Translations under genes and position numbers: made by a program
Notes under the pieces: model-generated
Told to the model about the DNA's origin: nothing
The model's input: only the letters and a program-made list of their open reading frames with translations
Database searches by the model: none
Part shown: piece after piece, positions 28,079-36,736 of the stretch
How the letters are laid out: each line of letters starts with the position of its first letter
Position numbering within the stretch: the stretch's first letter is position 1
Source of the DNA: a virus
Taxonomy: Duplodnaviria; Caudoviricetes
DNA: 64,000 nucleotides
IMG/VR virus record: IMGVR_UViG_3300027708_000015
Strand: one strand, 5' to 3'

Positions 28079-28758
28079 TGTACGACATAGTATTCATATC
28101 TTATAACGAACCTGATGCAGAAGAAAATTTTGCCAGTCTAAAGGCACGATTTCCTAGAGTCAAACGTGTCAGCGGAGTTAAGGGAATTCATCAAGCACAC
28201 ATAGCTGCCGCCAAGAAATGCTTTACTCGTATGTTTTGGGTAGTGGATGGCGATGCTGTTATTCTAAATGATTTTAATTTTGATTATAAAGTACCCGATG
28301 ACGAGTTAGATGTAGTTCATGTTTGGCGCAGTATAAATCCTATTAATAGTTTGAGTTATGGATACGGTGGTGCAAAACTTCTACCAAAACAATTAACCAT
28401 CAATATGGATACAACTACTACTGACATGACCATGAGCATTAGCAGTAAGTTTAAAGCAATGCCAGAGATCAGTAATATCACAGCATTTAATACAGATGCA
28501 TACAGTACCTGGCGTAGCGCCTTTAGAGAGTGTTGTAAACTAGCAGTAATTAACAATGAAGAATCGTTAGCTAGATTAGACGTATGGTGCCAACTAAATG
28601 ACTCTGCTCCTTATGGATTTTATGCCTATTCAGGCGCACTTGTGGGGCAAGCATACGGTGAAAAAAATGCCTCCGATAAAGAGGCATTATCTAAGATAAA
28701 TGATTTTACTTGGCTAGAAGCTCTGTGGCTAGCGGAAAAATCTCAGCTATCACTTTAG
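28078..28758 (+). CDS. GT2-like glycosyltransferase, paralogue of 27182-28078
   Basis: DIVFISYNE, FWVVDGDA, YGYGGAKLL, TWRSAFRECCK. Confidence 0.7.
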   Translation: MYDIVFISYNEPDAEENFASLKARFPRVKRVSGVKGIHQAHIAAAKKCFTRMFWVVDGDAVILNDFNFDYKVPDDELDVVHVWRSINPINSLSYGYGGAKLLPKQLTINMDTTTTDMTMSISSKFKAMPEISNITAFNTDAYSTWRSAFRECCKLAVINNEESLARLDVWCQLNDSAPYGFYAYSGALVGQAYGEKNASDKEALSKINDFTWLEALWLAEKSQLSL

Positions 28759-29374
28759 CACAAGCAATGGCAACTTCTTGATGCTCTTTCTGTGTACCAT
28801 TAGCACTACGCAATTCAATAAAGTGAATCCAACTACGCAGTGTTCCGTTCATATATAACCGACTTTCAATAAGCCCTTCTGGTAAGACAGCACGAGCTTG
28901 TTCCTTTGCTATACCATTAGCGATAGCCCACTCGTACTCTCTTTGTGCGGCATATATAACTCTTTTTTGAGCACGTTCCCATTCGTTCTGTAGCAGTTGA
29001 TCTTCGACTGGGATACTGTTTTGTCTATTGGCAGTGTCTTGGAGTCGTGCTTCTCGCAATACAAACGACAGGTCTTTAGTAGGATCAGCATATCGCTGAC
29101 TGAATTCTTGAAAGCTGAAGCTACGATGTCTGAGGATCTGTCGTGCAATATCTCTGGTGGTGGTAATTTCGATACAGGCGGAGACCATTTCGAGTGGGCT
29201 CCAGTGTTGGTGTTTGACCAAGTATCTGATGAGTTTGTCGGATGTTTCTGTGTTAAGTTGATTGCTTGGATTGGACACACGGGCGCAATACGCAATGAGT
29301 TCCTGTGCATCTTCAATGCCAATATCTGCGAATTCCTGTGTGGGTTGGGAGTAACTGAGTAATCGAACATGCAT
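28706..29374 (-). CDS. thyX: FAD-dependent thymidylate synthase
   Basis: AYCARVS, HWSPLEM, RQILRHRSFSFQEFSQRY signature, ARAVLP, NGTLRSWIHFIELR. Confidence 0.95.
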   Translation of the reverse strand: MHVRLLSYSQPTQEFADIGIEDAQELIAYCARVSNPSNQLNTETSDKLIRYLVKHQHWSPLEMVSACIEITTTRDIARQILRHRSFSFQEFSQRYADPTKDLSFVLREARLQDTANRQNSIPVEDQLLQNEWERAQKRVIYAAQREYEWAIANGIAKEQARAVLPEGLIESRLYMNGTLRSWIHFIELRSANGTQKEHQEVAIACAKVIAEIFPLATELLAK

Positions 29375-29377
29375 TAT

Positions 29378-29701
29378 TTATAACTTCTTTTTCTTTAAAA
29401 ATTGTTGAGTTAGTTTTTCCATATCCTTACGAATACGATCTGTATCTAACTTGAAGTCAACATTATGTATATTGTCTTCATAGTTTTGACACACTTCGGC
29501 TAGATTTTTTTCAAAAGACCCCCATCCCTCACGGCGTGTCTTAGCTGTTATTTTTATTTCCCAAGTTTTACCATCTTTAAAATTGACCAAAACGGTATGG
29601 AGATACCTAAGAGGCATTACATTCAAATATACCTCACCAAATACTTCTGGCCAATGTGCGATAACATCCTTGGGAAGATTTCGTCTTCCCGATTTTGTCA
29701 C
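29378..29701 (-). CDS. Hypothetical protein
   Basis: 107-aa ORF tightly packed in the minus-strand operon. Confidence 0.6.
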   Translation of the reverse strand: MTKSGRRNLPKDVIAHWPEVFGEVYLNVMPLRYLHTVLVNFKDGKTWEIKITAKTRREGWGSFEKNLAEVCQNYEDNIHNVDFKLDTDRIRKDMEKLTQQFLKKKKL

Positions 29702-30315
29702 GCAGTATCTTTAACCGTTTTCTTTACTGTAGGAGCAAGTTCTTCAGCTTTACGACGCATTGCCGCCGCCTGTTTAGCTAGAGCATCTGCTTGACTACGA
29801 TAGTGTTTGGCTTCAGCTTCTGGACTATCAAATGTCAACGGAGCACTGGCTGTGACTGTAGGTGCTACTGAAGCTTCCAATACTGGTGCTTTGGTTACAT
29901 CAGCATCTTTGCTAGGAATATTGGAATCTTTCATAGCTAGATCATCTACTGCTACACCACGTTGTTCAGCAATAATTTGATTCAATTCGGATAGTGCAAT
30001 AGCAACACCCGGAGTCGGAGTCATCTCAATATTGCTAGTGGGAGCCTTGATCAAACGACCCGATGCGTGTAACGCTGGCAACATAGTCGATCCATCTGGG
30101 AACTGTGTGCGAGCCAATGCGTCTGCAAATTCAGTTGCATCCTGACCGGTTCCACTTTCGACCAAATTAATAATGGCGTCATGATAAATGTCAGGTAAAT
30201 TCTCTGTTGGGATAATCAAGCAACTATACGCATCACCTGGTAATGTACGATACGCCACTATACATTTTTTATTAGTGGCTTTGACACGTGCCACGTGTTT
30301 GAGTTCTTTAGCCAT
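29698..30315 (-). CDS. Hypothetical protein with C-terminal coiled coil
   Basis: 205-aa ORF; C-terminal AKHYRSQADALAKQAAAMRRKAEEL heptads. Confidence 0.6.
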   Translation of the reverse strand: MAKELKHVARVKATNKKCIVAYRTLPGDAYSCLIIPTENLPDIYHDAIINLVESGTGQDATEFADALARTQFPDGSTMLPALHASGRLIKAPTSNIEMTPTPGVAIALSELNQIIAEQRGVAVDDLAMKDSNIPSKDADVTKAPVLEASVAPTVTASAPLTFDSPEAEAKHYRSQADALAKQAAAMRRKAEELAPTVKKTVKDTA

Positions 30316-30316
30316 A

Positions 30317-30574
30317 TTATGCTCCGGTAGCAGGTGCTGTAGCAGGTGCTGGTTGTTGTGTTCCGTCGGCGGGTTGTTGTTTAGCGACCAGTTCTAAGAA
30401 TGCTGTCAACTTGTTGTAAGTTTGGCCAACTGCAACCATTTCATTGGGTTTGAATGCGCCACGTGAGCTAGCAATATCAATAATAACTTTCATGGCGTTA
30501 AGATCGTTAATAGTTAGATCTGTGCCAGAAGCTGTTGGATCTGCTTGCTGTGGTGTTTGTGCTGTATCAGTCAT
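30317..30574 (-). CDS. Hypothetical protein
   Basis: 85-aa ORF with GGAG RBS; core DLTINDL...IIDIASSRGAFKPNEM. Confidence 0.65.
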   Translation of the reverse strand: MTDTAQTPQQADPTASGTDLTINDLNAMKVIIDIASSRGAFKPNEMVAVGQTYNKLTAFLELVAKQQPADGTQQPAPATAPATGA

Positions 30575-30607
30575 GGTATCTCCTTAATATAATCTGTACG
30601 TATATAA

Positions 30608-30895
30608 TTATCTCTGTGATAAATGTGGACAGGCAATCGTGAAAAAACTTAATTCTTTTTCACTTTCAAAACCTATCTGTGTATTGTATACAATAGTGTT
30701 GGTGTTGTCTAAAGCAATTCCTTGCCCTATATAGTACCTATTATTTAAATGATGTCGTATCCATAGATCTATGGATTTGAGCATTGTTGGATTGTATCGA
30801 TCCAAGTATGTGTACTTGAAATGCGGACAGGCAAATTCAACCCTCCGTAGACCAAAATAGTTTAGAGGATTTGGTTTGCCTGTCTTCAGTGCCAT
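30608..30895 (-). CDS. Hypothetical protein
   Basis: 95-aa ORF coupled to the upstream stop (TAATG). Confidence 0.6.
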   Translation of the reverse strand: MALKTGKPNPLNYFGLRRVEFACPHFKYTYLDRYNPTMLKSIDLWIRHHLNNRYYIGQGIALDNTNTIVYNTQIGFESEKELSFFTIACPHLSQR

Positions 30896-32079
30896 TACAC
30901 TGATACCTTAGCTTGTTCGTAATAAGCATATTCTCCAAAAGGTGGAACAATCTTATCATTGCCGTGGATGATGAATACTGTGTCGCAGTAATTTTCATCA
31001 CCCCAACTGCCCCAGGGGTAACCGTCTGTGAACATGATAAACTTCTTAGGCTGAATGTCGTGTTCTTTCATGTAGTCCCAGTTGACATCAAATTCAGTAC
31101 CACCACCGCCCATTGGTTCGTAGTGATCGAACTCGTCCATGGAGTATCCGTCAAAATCTGCTTCGTTGTATACACTAGTATCAAAGCACCATACTTTAAT
31201 TTTAAAGTCTTGGTACTCCTGCATAATACCTTTGATCTCACTCAAGAAATCTTTGGCTTGCTCGTCACCGATTGATCCTGACATGTCAATACTTACACAG
31301 ATGTCAATAGTCTCTTGGAATTGTGTGCCGGGTAATACTGCACCAATGTGCCAACCTTTACGGTTAGGGCGCATAAAAGAATAATCGTTCTTGATAATAC
31401 TTTGTATTTGTTGACGAAGAATTTCACGCCAATTCATCTTTGGCTCTGTTAATTCTTTGATCATACGTTGTATACTAGCAGGAGTGTTACCAGCGCCTGC
31501 GGCCTGTGCGGCCTGAATAGTAGCTTCACGCATTTCGTCACGGATTTCTTTTAATTCTTCTTTAGTATAGCTGGGACGACCGTCCTTGCCTTCTGAACCC
31601 CAGTCGATATGTTCATCAAGCAGTTGACCCAATGCTTCAAGTTGTTTCTTATCCATTTCATCAAAAATACGATCATACACTTCTTCTGCACCCATACCGT
31701 AGTATTTGGCATCGTGAAAGATTTTGATATCTGGAATTTGATGATCACCAATATGATCTCGGACCAATTGTCCATTTACACAGTAGTCAGCGGCAATGTT
31801 AAAAATCTGGGGATCACGGCCTTCGCGACGCCCCATGTGATCAAACACATTGTGTAGGATTTCATGTGCAATTACAAACTCTACTTGTTTGACAGTAAGT
31901 TTTTCGAAAAACTCACGACAGAAGAAGATATGGCGTCCGTCAGTTGCGGCAGTAGGTAACCATTTTTCTGCTTCTTGTATTTTTAGGCGTGTAGCCATAT
32001 TGCCAAAAAACGGATGTTTCAAAAGCAAACTAACACGAGCTACAATAATTTTGTCTATGACCGGATCTGTATGCGACAT
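30895..32079 (-). CDS. Putative metallopeptidase plus VWA domain protein (DUF2201-like)
   Basis: TAATDG, AHEILH (HExxH), FNIAADYCVN in the N-terminal half; MIDAS-like IDMSGSI and GGGGTEF...FTDGY in the C-terminal half. Confidence 0.85.
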   Translation of the reverse strand: MSHTDPVIDKIIVARVSLLLKHPFFGNMATRLKIQEAEKWLPTAATDGRHIFFCREFFEKLTVKQVEFVIAHEILHNVFDHMGRREGRDPQIFNIAADYCVNGQLVRDHIGDHQIPDIKIFHDAKYYGMGAEEVYDRIFDEMDKKQLEALGQLLDEHIDWGSEGKDGRPSYTKEELKEIRDEMREATIQAAQAAGAGNTPASIQRMIKELTEPKMNWREILRQQIQSIIKNDYSFMRPNRKGWHIGAVLPGTQFQETIDICVSIDMSGSIGDEQAKDFLSEIKGIMQEYQDFKIKVWCFDTSVYNEADFDGYSMDEFDHYEPMGGGGTEFDVNWDYMKEHDIQPKKFIMFTDGYPWGSWGDENYCDTVFIIHGNDKIVPPFGEYAYYEQAKVSV

Positions 32080-32108
32080 TTCTGCTCCTAATTTTTTACT
32101 ATAAGTAT

Positions 32109-32137
32109 ATTATAACACCTCCCGAAGGAGGTGTCAA
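32109..32137 (-). promoter_or_regulatory. Perfect sigma70 consensus promoter (TTGACA-N17-TATAAT)
   Basis: Minus strand reads TTGACA cctccttcgggaggtgt TATAAT. Confidence 0.85.
32115..32134 (-). terminator. cUUCGg hairpin (8-bp stem) after the AAA gene, embedded in the promoter spacer
   Basis: ACACCTCC-TTCG-GGAGGTGT, 10 nt downstream of the AAA ATPase stop; the U-tract is weak. Confidence 0.6.
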
Positions 32138-32143
32138 CCAATC

Positions 32144-33235
32144 TTATTTCTCTGTGGCTTGTGCAATATACTTACCAAACTTTTGGTGGAAAGCGTCAAA
32201 ACATTTAATTTCATCCGGATCTAATGGCAACTTATAAGTGCTTAGTGCCAATTTAGTGCCCATAATAACCAACTCAGTTTCGAAATTGTTCATCAAGAAT
32301 TCGAAAAAGTTGTTAGTCATGTCGTTCCAATTTTTGGCTTTCTTGTCACATGCGTCTTTGAGCTCGTAGCACAATGATACAGTCAATGAATACATTGCTG
32401 AAATTTCTTTCGAGTCCATTTTCTTAACCTTGCCTGACAAGATATCTTGCGGGTTAGGCATTTTGCTGGCATGTTTGCGGTGTGCCATAAACTTCACAGC
32501 CAGACCTTCACCTACAGAACCTGACACTAAATCGGTTAGTGTGTCATTGTCGCAGTCGTCATCTGTAAGCAATTCGCTAACGAACGACCAAGAGCGTGGA
32601 GTAGCAAATGAGCGTGAGCTAGATTTTGGATCAAAATCATACAAGTCTTTCTTGCTAAAGGTCAAGTATCCAATAACATCTGGATGGATATTGTTGTCTA
32701 CGGCCCAGTCAAAGTAGTCATCCCAATCTACAGCCATTTCCAAGTGAACAAAACGGTTTGCCAACGGACTTGGCATACGATATGATACACCTTTGTCTGT
32801 TTCACGGTTGCCTGCGGCAACCATCACTACATTGTCTGGCAGTTCATAAGTACCGCATTTACGATTAAGAACCAGTTGATAAGCCGCGGCTTGTACGCTG
32901 GGAGCGGCGCTGTTCAATTCATCCATGAACAAGATGATAGTTTTGTGATTTTTAGCAAACTCTTTGCTAGGCAATTCTGAAGGAGGAGCCCATTTCATTG
33001 TGCCATCGATTGAGTCAAAGTATGGAATACCTTTGATGTCTGTTGGTTCCCATAGACTCAAACGGATATCGATAACATGGGCATCAAGTTCTGTACCCAA
33101 TTGTTTGATAATATCTGACTTGCCAATACCCGGAGGACCCCAGATAAAGATAGGACGTTTTGTATTAAACGCCTTACGAAGACTTTTCTTTGCACCCTTT
33201 GGGCCTACTGTACGGGTTACTAGTTCTGATGCCAT
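32144..33235 (-). CDS. MoxR/dynein-related AAA+ ATPase
   Basis: Walker A GPPGIGKS, Walker B ILFMDELN, sensor AAGNR, LANRFVH, ATPRSW. Confidence 0.9.
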   Translation of the reverse strand: MASELVTRTVGPKGAKKSLRKAFNTKRPIFIWGPPGIGKSDIIKQLGTELDAHVIDIRLSLWEPTDIKGIPYFDSIDGTMKWAPPSELPSKEFAKNHKTIILFMDELNSAAPSVQAAAYQLVLNRKCGTYELPDNVVMVAAGNRETDKGVSYRMPSPLANRFVHLEMAVDWDDYFDWAVDNNIHPDVIGYLTFSKKDLYDFDPKSSSRSFATPRSWSFVSELLTDDDCDNDTLTDLVSGSVGEGLAVKFMAHRKHASKMPNPQDILSGKVKKMDSKEISAMYSLTVSLCYELKDACDKKAKNWNDMTNNFFEFLMNNFETELVIMGTKLALSTYKLPLDPDEIKCFDAFHQKFGKYIAQATEK

Positions 33236-33283
33236 TTTGTTTCCTATCTTAAGTTGGGATTAAATTTGTTACGCTATGTAAGT

Positions 33284-33312
33284 ATTATAGCACCAACTAG
33301 ACCTTATGTCAA
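33284..33312 (-). promoter_or_regulatory. Perfect sigma70 consensus promoter for the AAA ATPase
   Basis: Minus strand TTGACA taaggtctagttggtgc TATAAT (17-nt spacer). Confidence 0.85.
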
Positions 33313-33707
33313 TTAGAATTTAGATCTTTTTCACGCTCTTTCATGGCTTTTATTAGTCCAAATTTTCTAATGTCGTCACTAAACAACATAAGCTCAAAAT
33401 TCTTGCGCTCTGTGAACACAGTGATTGAAAGGGGAGTTAGATAGTAAGGACAGTCCAAATATCTTTCCAAAAATATAATAGTTTGGGGGCTCAGCTCAAT
33501 TGGTTCGGTAAATGGCACTTCGTAAGCTCTAAGTTCCAAATCGTTAACCAAAAAGGCATATCCGTCGTCACTTAATCTAAATGCGGTTTGTTTGCCTGCA
33601 CGATTACTTTGCCACCAGTTGCGTGAGTACAACTTTACATTTACATCGTCTGTTGTTTTGCCCCACTGCTGTAAAAATATCTTAGTGTAGGCATCCTGTG
33701 TCATCAT
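33309..33707 (-). CDS. Hypothetical protein
   Basis: 132-aa ORF in the operon. Confidence 0.6.
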   Translation of the reverse strand: MMTQDAYTKIFLQQWGKTTDDVNVKLYSRNWWQSNRAGKQTAFRLSDDGYAFLVNDLELRAYEVPFTEPIELSPQTIIFLERYLDCPYYLTPLSITVFTERKNFELMLFSDDIRKFGLIKAMKEREKDLNSN

Positions 33708-33988
33708 TTTAGTATAGTGCCCTGAGTAAGGGTAATCACTTGAAAATCTTCACAGCCAAACATGAGATTTAATTTTTTGGCTAGATTAAGAGCATGCCCT
33801 GGATTAGAGAATGAAACTTTTTTGTATTTTGGTCCAGGATAGGAGGTAAGACTATTGAAACTTTTCAAATTGAATGGCTCGTTCTTGTAGAACACAGCCC
33901 AAATGGCTTCAGCTTCTAAAATCTGTTCAGATTTGTAAGTTTTTTTATTTGTGTACTCTAACAGTACTTTTGGCTTAGGTCTAGACAT
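33704..33988 (-). CDS. Hypothetical protein with its own late-type promoter
   Basis: 94-aa ORF (MSRPKP...YPGPKYKKVSFSNPGHA); upstream GATAAATA plus a hairpin over the RBS. Confidence 0.65.
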   Translation of the reverse strand: MSRPKPKVLLEYTNKKTYKSEQILEAEAIWAVFYKNEPFNLKSFNSLTSYPGPKYKKVSFSNPGHALNLAKKLNLMFGCEDFQVITLTQGTILK

Positions 33989-33990
33989 AG

Positions 33991-34023
33991 TGCGTATCCT
34001 AGTAATATACGCATATATTTATC
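33991..34023 (-). promoter_or_regulatory. Late-type promoter plus RBS-occluding hairpin
   Basis: Minus strand GATAAATA-ta-TGCGTAT-attactagg-ATACGCA-ct-ATG; 7-bp stem with the AGGA RBS at the loop/3' arm. Confidence 0.55.
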
Positions 34024-34025
34024 TT

Positions 34026-34598
34026 CTATTCAGTGTATAAACCAGGCTTTAATTCAGTATCCATGTTCCATGAAATAATGGTTTTACGCTTTGTACTGCT
34101 GTTAATAGGTGCTCTATGTATAACATAACTTGGGAATGTTAAAATGTCGCCTTCTTTAACATCAAACTCTCCGATAGTAGTTTGATTGTATGGATCTATG
34201 AATTGTGTTTTAGGACAATCATACGGAAGTTCTAAGAAGTATACATTAGTCCAGTTGCTTCCGTGTACATGCCAACCGTGTAATGAATTTTGTTCATACT
34301 GCTGAAACCAAATTTCTCTAAGTTTAAATTCAGCATACCCTAACATATCGGTTACTTGCTGAAGATGTGCCAATAGTGATGGCTTAATAACTTGCAACCA
34401 GGGTCGATTGTAATCCCATCGACTAGTATTCCAGTCGCATCGGGTAATATCAACGGCGTCTTCAGTTTCAACTAATCGATCAAATTCTTTTTGATTGTTA
34501 ATCTCATTAAGGATTTGATTTTTAAGTTCTAAGTGGTCTTTGAATTCGCCAATAACATATGGGCTATTAAGATTTATTTTCTTCAAAGCCACCGCCAT
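34026..34598 (-). CDS. Putative 2OG-Fe(II) oxygenase
   Basis: HGWHVH, NVYFLE, EGDILTFPSYVIHRA, RKTIISWN: HxH...H...R pattern of a double-stranded beta-helix oxygenase. Confidence 0.7.
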   Translation of the reverse strand: MAVALKKINLNSPYVIGEFKDHLELKNQILNEINNQKEFDRLVETEDAVDITRCDWNTSRWDYNRPWLQVIKPSLLAHLQQVTDMLGYAEFKLREIWFQQYEQNSLHGWHVHGSNWTNVYFLELPYDCPKTQFIDPYNQTTIGEFDVKEGDILTFPSYVIHRAPINSSTKRKTIISWNMDTELKPGLYTE

Positions 34599-34818
34599 CT
34601 ATTTCAATTTGCACTTCTTCTTGCTGTACATGACTCTTCAAAGCATTAAACATGCTTTCATAGTCTTGTCGTACCTGTTCCATCAGTTCAACAAGGGCCA
34701 AATTCATTAGTCTAGCCTGTTGAATGGGAATCTTTACTTCTTTGCTTTGTGAAAGTTCTGCGGCACGTAAGAGATGTGCAAACTGTGTAATAGGTGTTAA
34801 ATTAATCTGATTTTGCAT
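34567..34818 (-). CDS. Hypothetical protein
   Basis: 83-aa ORF ending EIDGGGF, overlapping its neighbours. Confidence 0.55.
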   Translation of the reverse strand: MQNQINLTPITQFAHLLRAAELSQSKEVKIPIQQARLMNLALVELMEQVRQDYESMFNALKSHVQQEEVQIEIDGGGFEENKS

Positions 34819-35281
34819 TGGCTAGCACCTGTTTCATCTCAAGTTCATCTTTGAAAGGACCACGATAGTCATTTCGTTCCAATGTTATTAGTTTTGGACA
34901 GAATGATTTTACCCAACCTTTATTGAATCTAATAGTGTAATAGCCTGCACAATACAAGCTCTTGCTAGCATTGCTCTTGGTAAACAGGGGTAGTTTGTTG
35001 CGTACATCATACATGGCATTGAATGGTTTACCGCTGGTTGGAAATCCATGGCATTCATGTACGTCTGGCGCAGTAACTTTGATTTTGGTGCTGGTCAAAA
35101 AGAACCCTTCACCAAAATGTTTAGTTATGTCTTGTTTTTTATTAAACATAACTTCACCTGTAGTACTGCTCAGTACAAATTTGTTATTTTCTTTTTTGTG
35201 TAATGTTGCGACCTTAGAGCCGTCTTGCTCCACGATCCAAAATTTACCATCCACAATAGGCTTGGCGTGTAATTCGGTCAT
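34802..35281 (-). CDS. Hypothetical protein
   Basis: 159-aa ORF with AGGAG RBS and upstream GATAAATA. Confidence 0.65.
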   Translation of the reverse strand: MTELHAKPIVDGKFWIVEQDGSKVATLHKKENNKFVLSSTTGEVMFNKKQDITKHFGEGFFLTSTKIKVTAPDVHECHGFPTSGKPFNAMYDVRNKLPLFTKSNASKSLYCAGYYTIRFNKGWVKSFCPKLITLERNDYRGPFKDELEMKQVLANAKSD

Positions 35282-35329
35282 TTGTTTCTCCTTATATACT
35301 CAGCCCCGGAGGCACTTGAGTAATGTATG

Positions 35330-35337
35330 TATTTATC
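35330..35337 (-). promoter_or_regulatory. T4-like late promoter motif (GATAAATA)
   Basis: Immediately after the rnh stop, upstream of 35281. Confidence 0.5.
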
Positions 35338-35339
35338 TC

Positions 35340-36326
35340 TCATTGTTGTGGATATTTGGCCTGGAATGGCTCTGCATACTGCTGAATGTTGTCTGAAATT
35401 TTCTTCATATCCCACGCATTACAGAACTTCAGCAAGCGAATTCCTACCTGATCTACCGCCTTGGGCACAGCATTAGACTGTACAGTTTCACGTATTTTAG
35501 CCTTGATCTCATCAGGTTGTGCTGTGAGATCGCATAGTTGTACATTGCGTTGATAGTCTTCCAACACACGATGTTCTAAACCGTTGTGGTCGACCCAACG
35601 TTGGAGCATGAGATTGTTCCAATTATATCCGCGAGTCTTACGATCGGAAAATGCCTCTTGGAGACCAACTTTATTCTTTGTGCCTTTCGTTCGTACACCT
35701 GGATAAGCCGAAAAGACATTGTCACTTGTGTCACCCCGCATGCATTTCTCGAACAGCATCCATTCTGGATCTTGTGCAGGCTTAGGCTCGCCAGTCTTTT
35801 TGTCTTTAACGGGTTTACCTTTAGCATCAAAGATTCCTTCGTGTGTAATATGCAAATCGCCAACACCATTATATTGGCTTACAGTAGGACTTACCAGCTG
35901 TGCAAAGTCTCCGTCTGTTGAGATAATAACATGTTTAGCATCTGGGTGTGCTTGGACCCAACCAGCAATTAGATCATCTGCTTCTAGATTAGGATGTTGC
36001 ATCACAGTAGCATTGGTCTTCTCTGACACGAACTTTTTAAATTCGTCAAATGCTTCCCAGAACAATTTGTCTTCTTCTTGCTGTCGCTCAGTCAGCGCAT
36101 CTCTTGCTTCTTGTCTATTGGCCTTGTAGGGCTTGTAATGATCTTTACGCCATGATCGACCTTCAAGGCAGAATACCACGTGAGTACCACCAAAGTCTTG
36201 CCATGCTTTCTTGATACTGTTAAAGGTAATATGAAAGGCCATACCCAGTTTGATGTCGCTGGAACCTTGCACCACATGTCTAGCACGAAAAAACGTGTTA
36301 GCAGTATCAACTATGATGTGTGTCAT
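35340..36326 (-). CDS. rnh: T4-type RNase H / 5'-3' flap exonuclease
   Basis: IIVDTAN, SWRK...YKANR, LEADDLIA, ISTDGDF, GDTSDNV motifs of the FEN/PIN 5' nuclease family. Confidence 0.9.
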   Translation of the reverse strand: MTHIIVDTANTFFRARHVVQGSSDIKLGMAFHITFNSIKKAWQDFGGTHVVFCLEGRSWRKDHYKPYKANRQEARDALTERQQEEDKLFWEAFDEFKKFVSEKTNATVMQHPNLEADDLIAGWVQAHPDAKHVIISTDGDFAQLVSPTVSQYNGVGDLHITHEGIFDAKGKPVKDKKTGEPKPAQDPEWMLFEKCMRGDTSDNVFSAYPGVRTKGTKNKVGLQEAFSDRKTRGYNWNNLMLQRWVDHNGLEHRVLEDYQRNVQLCDLTAQPDEIKAKIRETVQSNAVPKAVDQVGIRLLKFCNAWDMKKISDNIQQYAEPFQAKYPQQ

Positions 36327-36736
36327 TCTATTTGTGCCCTACCATTTGGTAATCTACTTACATTAATATAACCACCGATTGTACGACTTGGGTTAGTCTG
36401 TCCAGCTTCGGCTAGCATATTGCCTGCCAAATCTCTAAACCAACGATCTACAATCTCTTCTTCTGGATCACCTTCAAATCCGTATCCAGCTTCCCTTAAT
36501 TGTACTATAAACTCTGGGTTCCAGTCAAGTTCAAAAAAGCCATTCCGTACATTATCCTTGTTGACATGTGTGTCCAGCACAGCAACCCACGGCTCGCCTC
36601 GCTGTGTGGCACGTTCTTTCGGACCCATTTTAGCATTTTCTTCTGCTTTCTTTGCTTCAGCGGCTCCGGCCAGTGCCACTTCTTTTTCTTTTAGAATATC
36701 ATCGATACCTAGCCATTTTCTTAATAATTGTTTCAT
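36323..36736 (-). CDS. Hypothetical protein
   Basis: 137-aa ORF (GEPWVAVL...NGFFELDWN...DRWF). Confidence 0.6.
   Translation of the reverse strand: MKQLLRKWLGIDDILKEKEVALAGAAEAKKAEENAKMGPKERATQRGEPWVAVLDTHVNKDNVRNGFFELDWNPEFIVQLREAGYGFEGDPEEEIVDRWFRDLAGNMLAEAGQTNPSRTIGGYINVSRLPNGRAQIE

Noticed and set aside
28909-29370. 153-aa minus-strand ORF overlapping thyX in another frame
   Set aside because: It is fully nested in thyX, which has all catalytic motifs; the ORF has no recognisable features.
35295-35322. TACTCA...TGAGTA stem in the leader of the 159-aa gene
   Set aside because: It leaves the AGGAG RBS exposed and has no U-tract; its function cannot be supported from sequence alone.
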